Below are positions 17,816 to 26,850 of a DNA stretch of 64,000 nucleotides, piece after piece. The position numbers were made by a program, and so were the translations under genes. The notes under the pieces were generated by a model that did no database searches, was not told the origin of the DNA, and worked only from the letters and a program-made list of their open reading frames with translations. Location: the IMG/VR virus record IMGVR_UViG_3300035698_004319, one strand, 5' to 3'. This stretch comes from an uncultured virus (IMG/VR IMGVR_UViG_3300035698_004319) (taxonomy: Duplodnaviria > Heunggongvirae > Uroviricota > Caudoviricetes). Each line of letters begins with the position of its first letter. The first letter of the stretch is position 1.

Positions 17816-18430
17816 ATGTATGGAGGGTTTGAAGTATATAAAACATATTTAGCAATTAAACTTCATTTTGTATCAAAGAGTTATGACTATCACAAATATG
17901 AAGGAAAAATTAATTATAAATTAGATACTTTTACAAAACGAAATGATAGATACTTTTTTCACAAACTTAGCAAAATATATAACGAACAAGAAATCGTGGG
18001 TTTCTTTGTTTCAAACTTCCTTAACGACAGTAAAAAGTGGGTGGGCAGTTTATTACAAAATGATGGTAAAGATGTATATTTGGATTACAAGAAACGCCAA
18101 GAGGCATTTAATTACCATTTTCGAGCTGATTGCTTACATATTCTGGATGATTTTAATGCTAAGCGCTTTTCTTTTAATGATGGTTTCAATGTTTTTGGTG
18201 GCCAGCATCCTAGATTTCTTTACTTGTTATTATCCAAAAAAATATCATTTGAAACTGCCATTGTTTTTGAAGAAACTATTGGATATAGTAAAAAATGGTC
18301 TAAACAAATTAAAGAACAAATTGTCTGGCCTGATATACTAAACAAATTACAGAAATATAAAGGTTTTATTAAATATAACAACACAGCTATTAGATTAATA
18401 CTGAAAGAGATATTTGTAAATGGTGGATAG
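17816..18430 (+). CDS. gp59: Helicase loader
   Basis: VYK.YLAIK.HF...YDY.KY.G...F.KR.DRYFF.KL. Confidence 0.85.
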   Translation: MYGGFEVYKTYLAIKLHFVSKSYDYHKYEGKINYKLDTFTKRNDRYFFHKLSKIYNEQEIVGFFVSNFLNDSKKWVGSLLQNDGKDVYLDYKKRQEAFNYHFRADCLHILDDFNAKRFSFNDGFNVFGGQHPRFLYLLLSKKISFETAIVFEETIGYSKKWSKQIKEQIVWPDILNKLQKYKGFIKYNNTAIRLILKEIFVNGG

Positions 18431-19256
18431 AGTATTTGTAATTGGTAATGGTGAAAGTAGAAAAGGTTTTGATTTAGAAAAATTGAGGCCTTACGGTAAA
18501 ATATATGGGTGTAATGCCTTATATAGAGATTTTGCACCAGATGTATTGGTCGCAGTTGATTCTGCTATAATGCACGAGATATACCATAGCGGATATGCTA
18601 CTAATAACGAATGTTGGTTTAGAGATTGGATAAAAAAAGCTGATAATAAATATAAAGATTGTTTTTATGGAGTTGATTTTGACAAAACCAAATTTAATGC
18701 AATTAGAAAACATTTTTTAAAAATAACAGAAAATGAAAAAGGCACTAGTATCAAATTTGTATGTCACGGTATTCCTATAAAACCTGTATTAAGACTTTTA
18801 GGTAAAATTAATAATGATGAATTTTTAAGAGTAGCAAAGAAACATAGTTTGAATGTCAGTTGGATAAAAAAAGATAAAGCTCATAGTTTGAATGAAATTA
18901 TGCCAAACAGTAGGGATATAGGCTGGTCTTCAGGTGCAACATCAGGATATGTATCTATACAGCAACACAACCCCAAAGAAATATATTTAATAGGACACGA
19001 CTTTGTAAGTAATACAAAAAAAACTAATAATTTATATAAAGATACAAACAATTATGCTAAAAGCACCCATACAGCAACACCAGGATTAAGTTGGAAAAAT
19101 CAATGGAAAAGTTTATTTAAAATGTATCCAAAGACAAAGTTTTTTAAAGTTAACTCCTCGAAAGAGTCTAATAATGTAAATGTAAAAATAAATGAATGGA
19201 GAGATGTTAAAAATATAACATACATAACATATGAAGACCTTATTTGTAATTGGTAA
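18420..19256 (+). CDS. Rossmann-like protein (GNGESR family; MptE/Maf/sialyltransferase-like), paralogue 1
   Basis: VIGNGESR, YGCNA.YR, LVAVD, WSSG, IYLIG.D. Confidence 0.6.
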   Translation: MVDRVFVIGNGESRKGFDLEKLRPYGKIYGCNALYRDFAPDVLVAVDSAIMHEIYHSGYATNNECWFRDWIKKADNKYKDCFYGVDFDKTKFNAIRKHFLKITENEKGTSIKFVCHGIPIKPVLRLLGKINNDEFLRVAKKHSLNVSWIKKDKAHSLNEIMPNSRDIGWSSGATSGYVSIQQHNPKEIYLIGHDFVSNTKKTNNLYKDTNNYAKSTHTATPGLSWKNQWKSLFKMYPKTKFFKVNSSKESNNVNVKINEWRDVKNITYITYEDLICNW

Positions 19257-20073
19257 CGGAGAAAGTAGAAAAGGTTTTGATTTAAAAAAATTAAGGCCTC
19301 ACGGCAAGATATATGGTTGTAATGCTGTATATAGAGATTTTGCACCAGATGTATTGGTTGCAGTTGATCAAGGTATATCCCACGAAATATATCAAAGTGG
19401 TTATGCTTATGATAATGAATGTTGGTTTAGAAATTGGGTAAAACATAATGAAGAACATTATGATAGATTGCTTTATCAAAAACTATCCGATGAAAAAATT
19501 ACAGAATTAAAAAAACATTTTACAAATCATATTGAGAATGAAAAAGGTGATAGTACCGAATTTGTTATGCACGGACACTCGTATTCGAGCAGATACGGCA
19601 CTTATGAAAGTTGTATTGAAAAAAAAGAATCTGATAGTGTAATTAGTAAAAAATTAAATCATTCAGGACTATATGTTAGTTGGATTAAAGAAGATAAAGC
19701 AAATTGTGTTGATAATATACAAGCTAAAGATAAAGGTTGGTCTACAGGTCCAACAACAGCTTGGATTGCCATTGAGCAATGTAAACCTAAAGAGGTATAT
19801 ATGATAGGGTTTGATTTTGATAGTAACACAGGCAACATAAACAATTTATATAAAGGCACCAATAATTATTATTCAGTAGAAGATATTAAAACTCCAGATG
19901 TTAATTGGAGAAATCAATGGGATAAAATTATTAGTGCAAATCCTGATATCGTTTTTACCAAAGTAAATGAAAGTGATGATATGTCATTGAGAACAAATGT
20001 TCCTTTATATAATTTTAAGAAATTTAATAATGTGAGGTATACAACATATGAAAAATGTTTTTTTAATAGGTAA
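19231..20073 (+). CDS. GNGESR-family protein, paralogue 2
   Basis: Same motifs as paralogue 1. Confidence 0.6.
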   Translation: MKTLFVIGNGESRKGFDLKKLRPHGKIYGCNAVYRDFAPDVLVAVDQGISHEIYQSGYAYDNECWFRNWVKHNEEHYDRLLYQKLSDEKITELKKHFTNHIENEKGDSTEFVMHGHSYSSRYGTYESCIEKKESDSVISKKLNHSGLYVSWIKEDKANCVDNIQAKDKGWSTGPTTAWIAIEQCKPKEVYMIGFDFDSNTGNINNLYKGTNNYYSVEDIKTPDVNWRNQWDKIISANPDIVFTKVNESDDMSLRTNVPLYNFKKFNNVRYTTYEKCFFNR

Positions 20074-20878
20074 TGGCGAAAGTCGTAAAGGTTTAGATTT
20101 AACTAAACTAAAATCAAAAGGTAGAGTTTATGGTTGTAATGCAATTTATAGAGAATTTACTCCAGATGTATTGATATCAGTAGACCACGGTATTATGCAC
20201 GAAATATACCATAGCGGATATGCTACTAATAACGAATGTTGGTTTAGAGATTGGACAACTGTACCCGAATATATGTATGAGAGTTTAGTATGGAGTGGTG
20301 TAAGTGCAGAAGATAGAAAAGAGATAACTGAATCAGACTTAAAATATATAAATGAAAAAGGTGATAGTACCGAATTTGTTATGCACGGTGCTAACCTATC
20401 AGGCCTAGCTACCATTTTAAGAAAAGATAAAACTAAATTCAAAAAAATGGTTGACCAAACAGTTACGAAAATAAGTTGGATAAAAAAAGATAAAGTAAAA
20501 AATCTTAATGAGATTATGCCAAACAATAGAGATATAGGTTGGGCTAGTGGTGCATTAACAGGTTACGTTGCTTGTAGTCTGGAGAAACCAGATGTGGCCT
20601 ATTTAATAGGACAAGATTTAGTTAGTAATACAGTCAATGTAAATAATATATACAAAGGTTCTTTACAGTATAGACTACCTGAGTCAAAACAACCGCCTCC
20701 ACAGAACTGGATAACGCAGTGGAGTATATTGTTTAAAGACAACCCTAATACTATTTTCTATAAGGTCAATACAGGCCTGGATGGTGACAAAACCAATGAA
20801 CCAGTGAATGAATGGAGAGAGTTTAAGAACGTTAAATATATCACTCTAAAAGAGCTTGACAACCGACTCAATATATGA
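20048..20878 (+). CDS. GNGESR-family protein, paralogue 3
   Basis: Same motifs as paralogue 1. Confidence 0.6.
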   Translation: MKNVFLIGNGESRKGLDLTKLKSKGRVYGCNAIYREFTPDVLISVDHGIMHEIYHSGYATNNECWFRDWTTVPEYMYESLVWSGVSAEDRKEITESDLKYINEKGDSTEFVMHGANLSGLATILRKDKTKFKKMVDQTVTKISWIKKDKVKNLNEIMPNNRDIGWASGALTGYVACSLEKPDVAYLIGQDLVSNTVNVNNIYKGSLQYRLPESKQPPPQNWITQWSILFKDNPNTIFYKVNTGLDGDKTNEPVNEWREFKNVKYITLKELDNRLNI

Positions 20879-20884
20879 TATATT
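20856..20884 (+). promoter_or_regulatory. sigma70-type promoter for the gp32 unit
   Basis: TTGACA-17-TATATT with extended -10 TG. Confidence 0.7.
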
Positions 20885-20893
20885 GGACACAAT

Positions 20894-21115
20894 ATGTTTG
20901 ATAATATGATTTATAAGATGTTAGATACTATCGTAAGATGGTGTGAATGTTATAGAGAGTACAAAATTTCTAAGACAGTCCCGAAGCCGACCAGAAAAGA
21001 ATTAAACAAATGGTTAAACAGCCGTGGAAGTCTTATAAATAATAATATGCCGATTAAACAGGCTAATACAAATACAACAATACGAAAAGGAAAAATATGG
21101 ACTTTAATACGTTAA
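20894..21115 (+). CDS. Small hypothetical protein
   Basis: ORF after promoter; 3' half overlaps the gp32 leader. Confidence 0.45.
   Translation: MFDNMIYKMLDTIVRWCECYREYKISKTVPKPTRKELNKWLNSRGSLINNNMPIKQANTNTTIRKGKIWTLIR
21034..21041 (+). promoter_or_regulatory. T4-type late promoter of gp32
   Basis: TATAAATA about 55 bp upstream of the ATG. Confidence 0.65.
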
Positions 21116-21981
21116 AAACAAGTCACTCTAACTTTGATAAACTTACCAAAGCTTTAGAGTCGAGCCTCCCCGAGGATTCAAACAAATCAAACAAAGACAA
21201 ATATACAGACGACAGACTTTGGAAACCTGAACTAGATAAAACTGGTAATGGTTATGCTGTTCTTAGGTTCTTACCGGCAACTGCTGATGAAGAAATGCCT
21301 TGGACTAGACTTTGGTCACACGCCTTCCAAGATAAAGGTGGTTGGTATATTGAAAACTCATTAACAACTCTTAATCAAAAAGATCCTGTTAGTGAAGAAA
21401 ATACAAGACTATGGAATACAGGTGTTGATAGCGACAAAGAAATTGCTCGTAAGAGAAAAAGAAAATTGTCATACTATTCTAACATCTTAATCGTTAGTGA
21501 TCCTAAACATCCTGAAAATGAAGGCAAAGTGTTCTTATTCAAATTTGGTAAAAAGATTTTTGATAAGATTACTGAAGCAATGCAACCGGCATTTGAAGAT
21601 GAAAAACCTATTAACCCATTTGATTTTTGGAAAGGTGCAAACTTTAAACTAAAAATTAGAAAAGTTGATGGTTATTGGAACTATGATAAGTCTGAATTTG
21701 AGGCGGCAAGTGAAATTGCTGATGGTGATGATAAGATTAAAGAAATCTGGTCAAAACAATATCCTCTAAAACCTTTCTTGGACCCTAGTAATTTTAAATC
21801 TTATGATGAACTCAAAGAGAAACTGAATAAGGTGATTACGGGAACTAGAAATACTGAAACCGTTGAGAGTGCTGAACTCCCTCCAGTAAAAACGGCAGAA
21901 GCGAAAAGTAATAACTCTACTCCAGCTAGTGATGATGACGATACGTTATCCTACTTTAGTAAATTGGCTGAGGACGAGTAA
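21097..21981 (+). CDS. gp32: Single-stranded DNA-binding protein
   Basis: DDRLWK...DK.GNGYAV.RFLP, WYIEN, GKKIFDK, GANFKLK; acidic tail. Confidence 0.95.
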   Translation: MDFNTLKTSHSNFDKLTKALESSLPEDSNKSNKDKYTDDRLWKPELDKTGNGYAVLRFLPATADEEMPWTRLWSHAFQDKGGWYIENSLTTLNQKDPVSEENTRLWNTGVDSDKEIARKRKRKLSYYSNILIVSDPKHPENEGKVFLFKFGKKIFDKITEAMQPAFEDEKPINPFDFWKGANFKLKIRKVDGYWNYDKSEFEAASEIADGDDKIKEIWSKQYPLKPFLDPSNFKSYDELKEKLNKVITGTRNTETVESAELPPVKTAEAKSNNSTPASDDDDTLSYFSKLAEDE

Positions 21982-22003
21982 TCTCTCTTTCTAATATTAC
22001 TTG

Positions 22004-22027
22004 ATGGTGGCCAGTAATGGCCGCCAT
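22004..22027. terminator. Bidirectional hairpin terminator
   Basis: ATGGTGGCCA-GTAA-TGGCCGCCAT between convergent genes. Confidence 0.7.
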
Positions 22028-23581
22028 TTAAACTAAAGCTCTATTTAAATTTAAGAATGTAGGATCAATATTATTAGTAACTAATCCCATTGATTGGTTG
22101 GTAGTGTTTGTATTGATAATATTATTAGAAGGTGCGATAACATTGTTTGTATTCGCTCCTTTAGTCTGAGCAGTTGCTAAGTCTGTACTCATTTTATTTA
22201 ACTCCCCTCTTGGAACTTGTCCTCTAGCACGCATTTGTGCTCGTTTTTCTTCGTAATAATCTGTTGTCATTGGCATAACATTATTATTAGGAATAATAGC
22301 ATTATCTGATTGTTCTGTAAATGGACTAGCCATTCTTCGGTAGCTGTTTTTTTGAATATTTTTAGATGTAGTTTTCTTTTCAGAAGCTTCATTATCTTCA
22401 AACGCACTACCAAAACCTTCATCAAGGGATTGATATTTACCTGTGCCATCTTTTTTATCTTGTTCTTCTTTTTTAGTATCGCCCTTACCTAAACCTAATA
22501 ACTTACCTAAAGCACTTTCTCTAAACCAATCTATAATTGCTTTTAAATTATATAATAACACTCCAATAGCAACACCAATTGCAATAAATGGAGCTGCAAG
22601 AACTAAAAATGAAAGTATTGCTGGTAACATAGCTAGAGTTAATAATTTGAAATTTTTTAATGCAGTGCCAATACCTTTAGTAAATCCACCTAATAAGTCA
22701 GGCAAATCTTTGAATGTGTCAGTAAGACTTTGGCCAATTTGTTTTAATTCAAGCCCAAAGTTTTTTAATTCTCCTCCAGCTGCACCAAATGTTGAAGATA
22801 AGAAACCTTGAGCACTATTGCCTGGTTGTATACCAGCTACTTCTTTTCTTTCTTCTAATTTCAATTGATCTTTTGTAAAGTTTCCTTGGTCTGCTATAAA
22901 TCTTTCTGCTCTGTCGGCATCCACTTCATCTGCCTTTTGAATTTGTTTTTTTTCAAACTGTAAATCTTTTTGTCTGCTTTTTAATTCTTTTTCCTGTATG
23001 ATGATTTCTTTTAATTCTTGTCTTTCTTGTTGTTTGGTTCTTAATTCAAGTTTTAATTCTTTTTCATTGATGATAGTATTGACACCACGTTCCCTTAATA
23101 TTTCTCTCTCGGTTTTTAACTGTTCAAGTTTTTCAGTGTGTATTCTTTTCAAATCAGCTTTATCTTCTTTACGCTGACTATTCATAGTATATAATTTTTC
23201 AACAGCCGTACCTATTTCTGAACTATATTTACCTAAATCAATACCTAATCTTGATTGTAATTTATCAATTAATTCAAATGCTCTTTCTTGGTCTTCTTCT
23301 TTACTAGACTTCATTAAGTCATTAACTTGTTGTATTGAAGATGTAATAGGTAAAAATTGTTTAGTAGTTTCTAATGACATTTGATTAACTCTATTGACAA
23401 TAGTATTTGATAATGATTTTAAAACCATAGCAATCTCTTTAGAACCAACAGGTTTACCTGCTGACTCACTCAATGCTTTAATTTGACCTATAGTTTCAAC
23501 TTTAGATTCACCATACTGTTGTTCTGGTGTTCTGCCTACAGCTAAACTTAAATCGTCATCTAAAAAATCGTTATCTGCCAT
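22028..23581 (-). CDS. Tape-measure-like / gp29-position protein
   Basis: Long helical coiled-coil, central TM segments, Asn/Thr-rich C-terminus; position after gp26-gp51. Confidence 0.5.
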   Translation of the reverse strand: MADNDFLDDDLSLAVGRTPEQQYGESKVETIGQIKALSESAGKPVGSKEIAMVLKSLSNTIVNRVNQMSLETTKQFLPITSSIQQVNDLMKSSKEEDQERAFELIDKLQSRLGIDLGKYSSEIGTAVEKLYTMNSQRKEDKADLKRIHTEKLEQLKTEREILRERGVNTIINEKELKLELRTKQQERQELKEIIIQEKELKSRQKDLQFEKKQIQKADEVDADRAERFIADQGNFTKDQLKLEERKEVAGIQPGNSAQGFLSSTFGAAGGELKNFGLELKQIGQSLTDTFKDLPDLLGGFTKGIGTALKNFKLLTLAMLPAILSFLVLAAPFIAIGVAIGVLLYNLKAIIDWFRESALGKLLGLGKGDTKKEEQDKKDGTGKYQSLDEGFGSAFEDNEASEKKTTSKNIQKNSYRRMASPFTEQSDNAIIPNNNVMPMTTDYYEEKRAQMRARGQVPRGELNKMSTDLATAQTKGANTNNVIAPSNNIINTNTTNQSMGLVTNNIDPTFLNLNRALV

Positions 23582-23584
23582 TTA

Positions 23585-23884
23585 TTAACCTATGTTATTT
23601 TCTGTTTTTTTTGGTGCTTTTTCTACTTTGCCACTATTAACATATAAGCCAAACCAGGCAGCACCAGCTCCAACAACAACTGACACAAACCCTGCTTGTG
23701 CGTTATTAGGATTTTCTAGTACCATAAACCAATTCATAGTTGAATAAAAAGCATAACAATATAGTCCCATCATCAATCTTGGAATCATTCTCCAATTTGA
23801 CATAACTCTTGGCATTTCATCTGAGAAAAACTCCCATAGTATCTTAATCGTATCTATTCCTGTTTTCTTTACGTTATTTAACAT
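23585..23884 (-). CDS. Two-TM membrane protein (holin-like)
   Basis: WR..PR....Y...WFM.L..P...QAGFVS.VVGA...WFGLY. Confidence 0.55.
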   Translation of the reverse strand: MLNNVKKTGIDTIKILWEFFSDEMPRVMSNWRMIPRLMMGLYCYAFYSTMNWFMVLENPNNAQAGFVSVVVGAGAAWFGLYVNSGKVEKAPKKTENNIG

Positions 23885-23895
23885 ATTATTTTACC

Positions 23896-24018
23896 TTACC
23901 CTCTATCTTTTTTTTCTTTTTCTTCTTTAATGTAATTGACTAATAATGATATATAAACGTCACGTTCCCAAGGCAACATTCTTTCAATTTCCGTTAACGA
24001 ATATTTATGATGTTGCAT
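23896..24018 (-). CDS. gp51: Baseplate hub assembly catalyst (MQHHKYSLTEIERMLPWERDVYISLL...), missing from ORF track
   Basis: Diagnostic QHHKYSL.E.E.M.PWER..Y..LL; the frame stays open upstream to the gp26 slippery site. Confidence 0.85.
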   Translation of the reverse strand: MQHHKYSLTEIERMLPWERDVYISLLVNYIKEEKEKKDRG

Positions 24019-24047
24019 TAATGCAAAATTAGTTTCGAAGTAGGCCT

Positions 24048-24788
24048 CTAACGTTGAGTGGGAGAGGCTAATCCGAAAAAATCAGATATTCCTTGTAACA
24101 TCACTTTACTAACCTTTTCAGTTTTAGGATTAGTAACTTCAATTTCATGTTTTAGTTTCGGCATAGTATCAAAGAATATTTTAATTTTACTAAAAGCTTC
24201 TTGCGGTAAACTTTCAACAAAATCTTTTATTTCGTCTTTTGAACTATCTTTCGCTGGGTATATCTTATCGCCTTCCCATATATGATCTATGCAATCAATT
24301 AATATTGAAAACACATTGTCCATTTCAGTAGTATCAACTATCTTTGAACTAACAAAATCATAATTTTTTAATGTAGGATATCTCAACACTATACCTAAAT
24401 TTCTTTTTTCGTCAATAACAACTTTATTCGTATGATTGTCTTCAACTTGAACCTCTACTTTAGTTAGATCAACTTCAGCTTCAGCATAAGTCTTACCATC
24501 ATCTGGACATATTGTTCTAAACTTGGCAATTTCAGCAACTGATTTTGCTCTTAGTTGTAAAAAAATATATTCAACATCAAATATAGGTAATTGGTCTACC
24601 TGTAATGTATCAAATGTACAAGCGTTAACAACATCTTTTAAAGCTTGTATCATTGCTTTATTGTCGCCAGTTTCTTGTGCGATATATAATATTTTTTCTT
24701 CTTTAACAAGAAATGGTCTAAACTTTATTTTCCTGTCTTCGGATGGTAGTGTCAACTCATATGTTGGGACTTCCACTTTCGGTAACAT
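24048..24788 (-). CDS. gp26: Baseplate hub assembly protein
   Basis: LPK...P.Y.L.LPS....KFRPFLVKEEK.L, FD.EYIFL.LRAKSV, FF.TMPKL, G..DFF. Confidence 0.9.
   Translation of the reverse strand: MLPKVEVPTYELTLPSEDRKIKFRPFLVKEEKILYIAQETGDNKAMIQALKDVVNACTFDTLQVDQLPIFDVEYIFLQLRAKSVAEIAKFRTICPDDGKTYAEAEVDLTKVEVQVEDNHTNKVVIDEKRNLGIVLRYPTLKNYDFVSSKIVDTTEMDNVFSILIDCIDHIWEGDKIYPAKDSSKDEIKDFVESLPQEAFSKIKIFFDTMPKLKHEIEVTNPKTEKVSKVMLQGISDFFGLASPTQR
24075..24081 (-). other. Candidate -1 programmed ribosomal frameshift heptamer T TTT TTC
   Basis: GAT TTT TTC in the gp26 frame; the -1 frame runs directly into gp51. Confidence 0.65.
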
Positions 24789-24810
24789 AATTATCTCCTT
24801 TGTATATTAA

Positions 24811-25842
24811 TTATAAGTTTAAAGGCGGTAAATTACCAAATGGAGGGAAAGCCCTACCACCTGTAATACCACCAATTGGTACTCGTCTTTTTAATCCTTC
24901 TAACACATCTCTACCAGCTCTTCTTAATTCAGGTGGTAATTTATTCATAATTCCACCTAATGCGCCGTATTGACTCTTAACAGTGACATCTCTAAAGTTA
25001 GGTGAACCTAAGTCTATATTGCCTGCTTTGTCTAAGAAGTAATTTACCCAATTTCTAAATGCAAATGTTACTGTAAATGTTTGTAAGTTATTGCTATCAT
25101 AACTATAATCAACATCACTAATTACTTTAGGATAACACTCAAATAGTTTAACAGCATAAGTGATATCATCTCTTTCGTTTCTGCTAGCAAATTGTCCTAG
25201 TTGAAATATGTTAATGTCAGATACATAGTTGTCATAGAAATTAAAATTGTGTGACTCATTACTGAACGCAGCTGATTGCCACAATTCAAAATATGTTCTC
25301 TCCCTTAAAAATTTATCAGCGTAGAATGTTGCTGTTACTTCACCTGTAGTATAGTTAAAAACAGGTTTGAAAACAGGACCGTGGTGTTGAATATCTTTAT
25401 GTTCTAGTGTTCTTGCTGGCATATTAATACCACTACAAAATGCTCTTACACGTCTACCATTTTGTGATTGTATGCCTTGCATTTGGCCATTATCTGGAAA
25501 TGTATTCAGTGCTTCTTGTTCAGATGTTGATAAATTAATGCCATCTATCGTAATATCATTGTCATAATTAGAACCTTTTAAAGTTTGAGGTGCAGTTTTA
25601 TTACTTGCTAAACTACCAGAACCTCTTGGTAAATAATACTCAACATAGAACCTTGCTTTACGAGCAAAGCCTTCAGCTTCATTGACGTATGATTGCATAC
25701 GACCAATAGTCGTTTCAGGATTACCACCAGCTTTCTGTCTTAATCTAGGATCGCTTTGTACGTTGTCTAATGAACGATCACGTGGGATACCCACACGAAT
25801 ATCAAAACCACCAATTCTTTTTCCGCCCCTAAGTATAGCCAT
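24811..25842 (-). CDS. gp54: Baseplate tail-tube initiator (gp54/gp19-like fold)
   Basis: C....MP.R, TFY.D...ER.YFE.WQ, YD.YV, L.ECYP.....Y, VTF.FR.W. Confidence 0.7.
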   Translation of the reverse strand: MAILRGGKRIGGFDIRVGIPRDRSLDNVQSDPRLRQKAGGNPETTIGRMQSYVNEAEGFARKARFYVEYYLPRGSGSLASNKTAPQTLKGSNYDNDITIDGINLSTSEQEALNTFPDNGQMQGIQSQNGRRVRAFCSGINMPARTLEHKDIQHHGPVFKPVFNYTTGEVTATFYADKFLRERTYFELWQSAAFSNESHNFNFYDNYVSDINIFQLGQFASRNERDDITYAVKLFECYPKVISDVDYSYDSNNLQTFTVTFAFRNWVNYFLDKAGNIDLGSPNFRDVTVKSQYGALGGIMNKLPPELRRAGRDVLEGLKRRVPIGGITGGRAFPPFGNLPPLNL

Positions 25843-26366
25843 TAATATGGTTTTCCTTTTTTAAATTGTGCAACTGGTAAGAATATTGCTACAGCAGCTT
25901 CTGTTAAATCTATTTTTAAAAAGTTTGATCTAACGTGACCATATAGATATTTTTTAACTGCTGGTTTAACCATTGATAAATTCTTAATTCTATTCCAACC
26001 AATATCTAATCTTGTTGTTTTATCCATTTTGTTATTTGTTGCGTATCTTTGTAGTGCCTCTAATAATCTGTATCTTGTGCCTGGTCTTAAATAATGAAAG
26101 TTTAGTCCTATAAATCCACCTGGGAATGCTTCGACAGGTAATACTAATGGGAACGTATCATAGTGAGGTAAAGTCTTTTTTGTTTTTGGATCATAAAAAA
26201 ACATATTTAATAATCCAACATTTGGTTTACCAGTTAATTTGCCACTTCTCATCAACCCGCCAGCAGTAACTCTTCCTGACATAGAATTAACAGCATTACG
26301 ATACCAACCTACTGATCGCAATGTTCCGCCTTGTCTATTAACGAGAGGATCTAAAATACTAGTCAT
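25842..26366 (-). CDS. gp2: DNA end protector
   Basis: FFYDPK.K..LP.YD.FPLV...GF.GLN.HYL.P..R, VKKYL..HVRS. Confidence 0.9.
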   Translation of the reverse strand: MTSILDPLVNRQGGTLRSVGWYRNAVNSMSGRVTAGGLMRSGKLTGKPNVGLLNMFFYDPKTKKTLPHYDTFPLVLPVEAFPGGFIGLNFHYLRPGTRYRLLEALQRYATNNKMDKTTRLDIGWNRIKNLSMVKPAVKKYLYGHVRSNFLKIDLTEAAVAIFLPVAQFKKGKPY

Positions 26367-26372
26367 TACTAA

Positions 26373-26380
26373 TATTTATA
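26373..26380 (-). promoter_or_regulatory. T4-type late promoter
   Basis: TATAAATA on the minus strand before gp2. Confidence 0.65.
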
Positions 26381-26809
26381 CTAATTATATACACCTATGT
26401 CCTTTTCTGTAAAGATTTTAAATTCTAATCCATTATGTTCACAATAGGCTCTGGCAGCTGACCATTTAGCTTGATTCTTTACATATTCTAACTGTTCACG
26501 CATAAATCTACCTGTTTTTCTTTTAGTTGCTTTTGGTGGAAAGCACTGTTTGTATGGTTTTACTTCAACCATAAACTTTCTGCCATCAACTAGTTTGAAA
26601 ATGAAATCTGGAAAGTAGTGGTGTATTTTATAATCAATAGGTGAACGATAAGGTATTTTTACTTCTTCGCTTGCCCATAGAGAAACTTGCTTGTTCTTAT
26701 CCAAGTAGACCATTACACGTCTTTCCCAATTAGAACGATATACTATTCTATCAGGATTCCCAGCATATTTCTTAGGATTGATTGGTTTGTAAATACCTTT
26801 ATAACTCAT
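26381..26809 (-). CDS. gp4: Head completion nuclease
   Basis: P.NP.KY.G...I.YRS.WER, W.SEE..IPY.SP.D, YFPDF, EVKP..Q, N.AKW.AA. Confidence 0.92.
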   Translation of the reverse strand: MSYKGIYKPINPKKYAGNPDRIVYRSNWERRVMVYLDKNKQVSLWASEEVKIPYRSPIDYKIHHYFPDFIFKLVDGRKFMVEVKPYKQCFPPKATKRKTGRFMREQLEYVKNQAKWSAARAYCEHNGLEFKIFTEKDIGVYN

Positions 26810-26820
26810 CTTATATCACT

Positions 26821-26828
26821 TATAAATA
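26821..26828 (+). promoter_or_regulatory. T4-type late promoter
   Basis: TATAAATA before gp48. Confidence 0.7.
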
Positions 26829-26850
26829 TTATTAAATAACATTACTATTT

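Noticed and set aside
17943..18341. 132-aa alternative-frame ORF inside gp59, and the many antisense shadow ORFs in the track
   Set aside because: Fully overlap well-supported genes; no RBS or recognisable motifs
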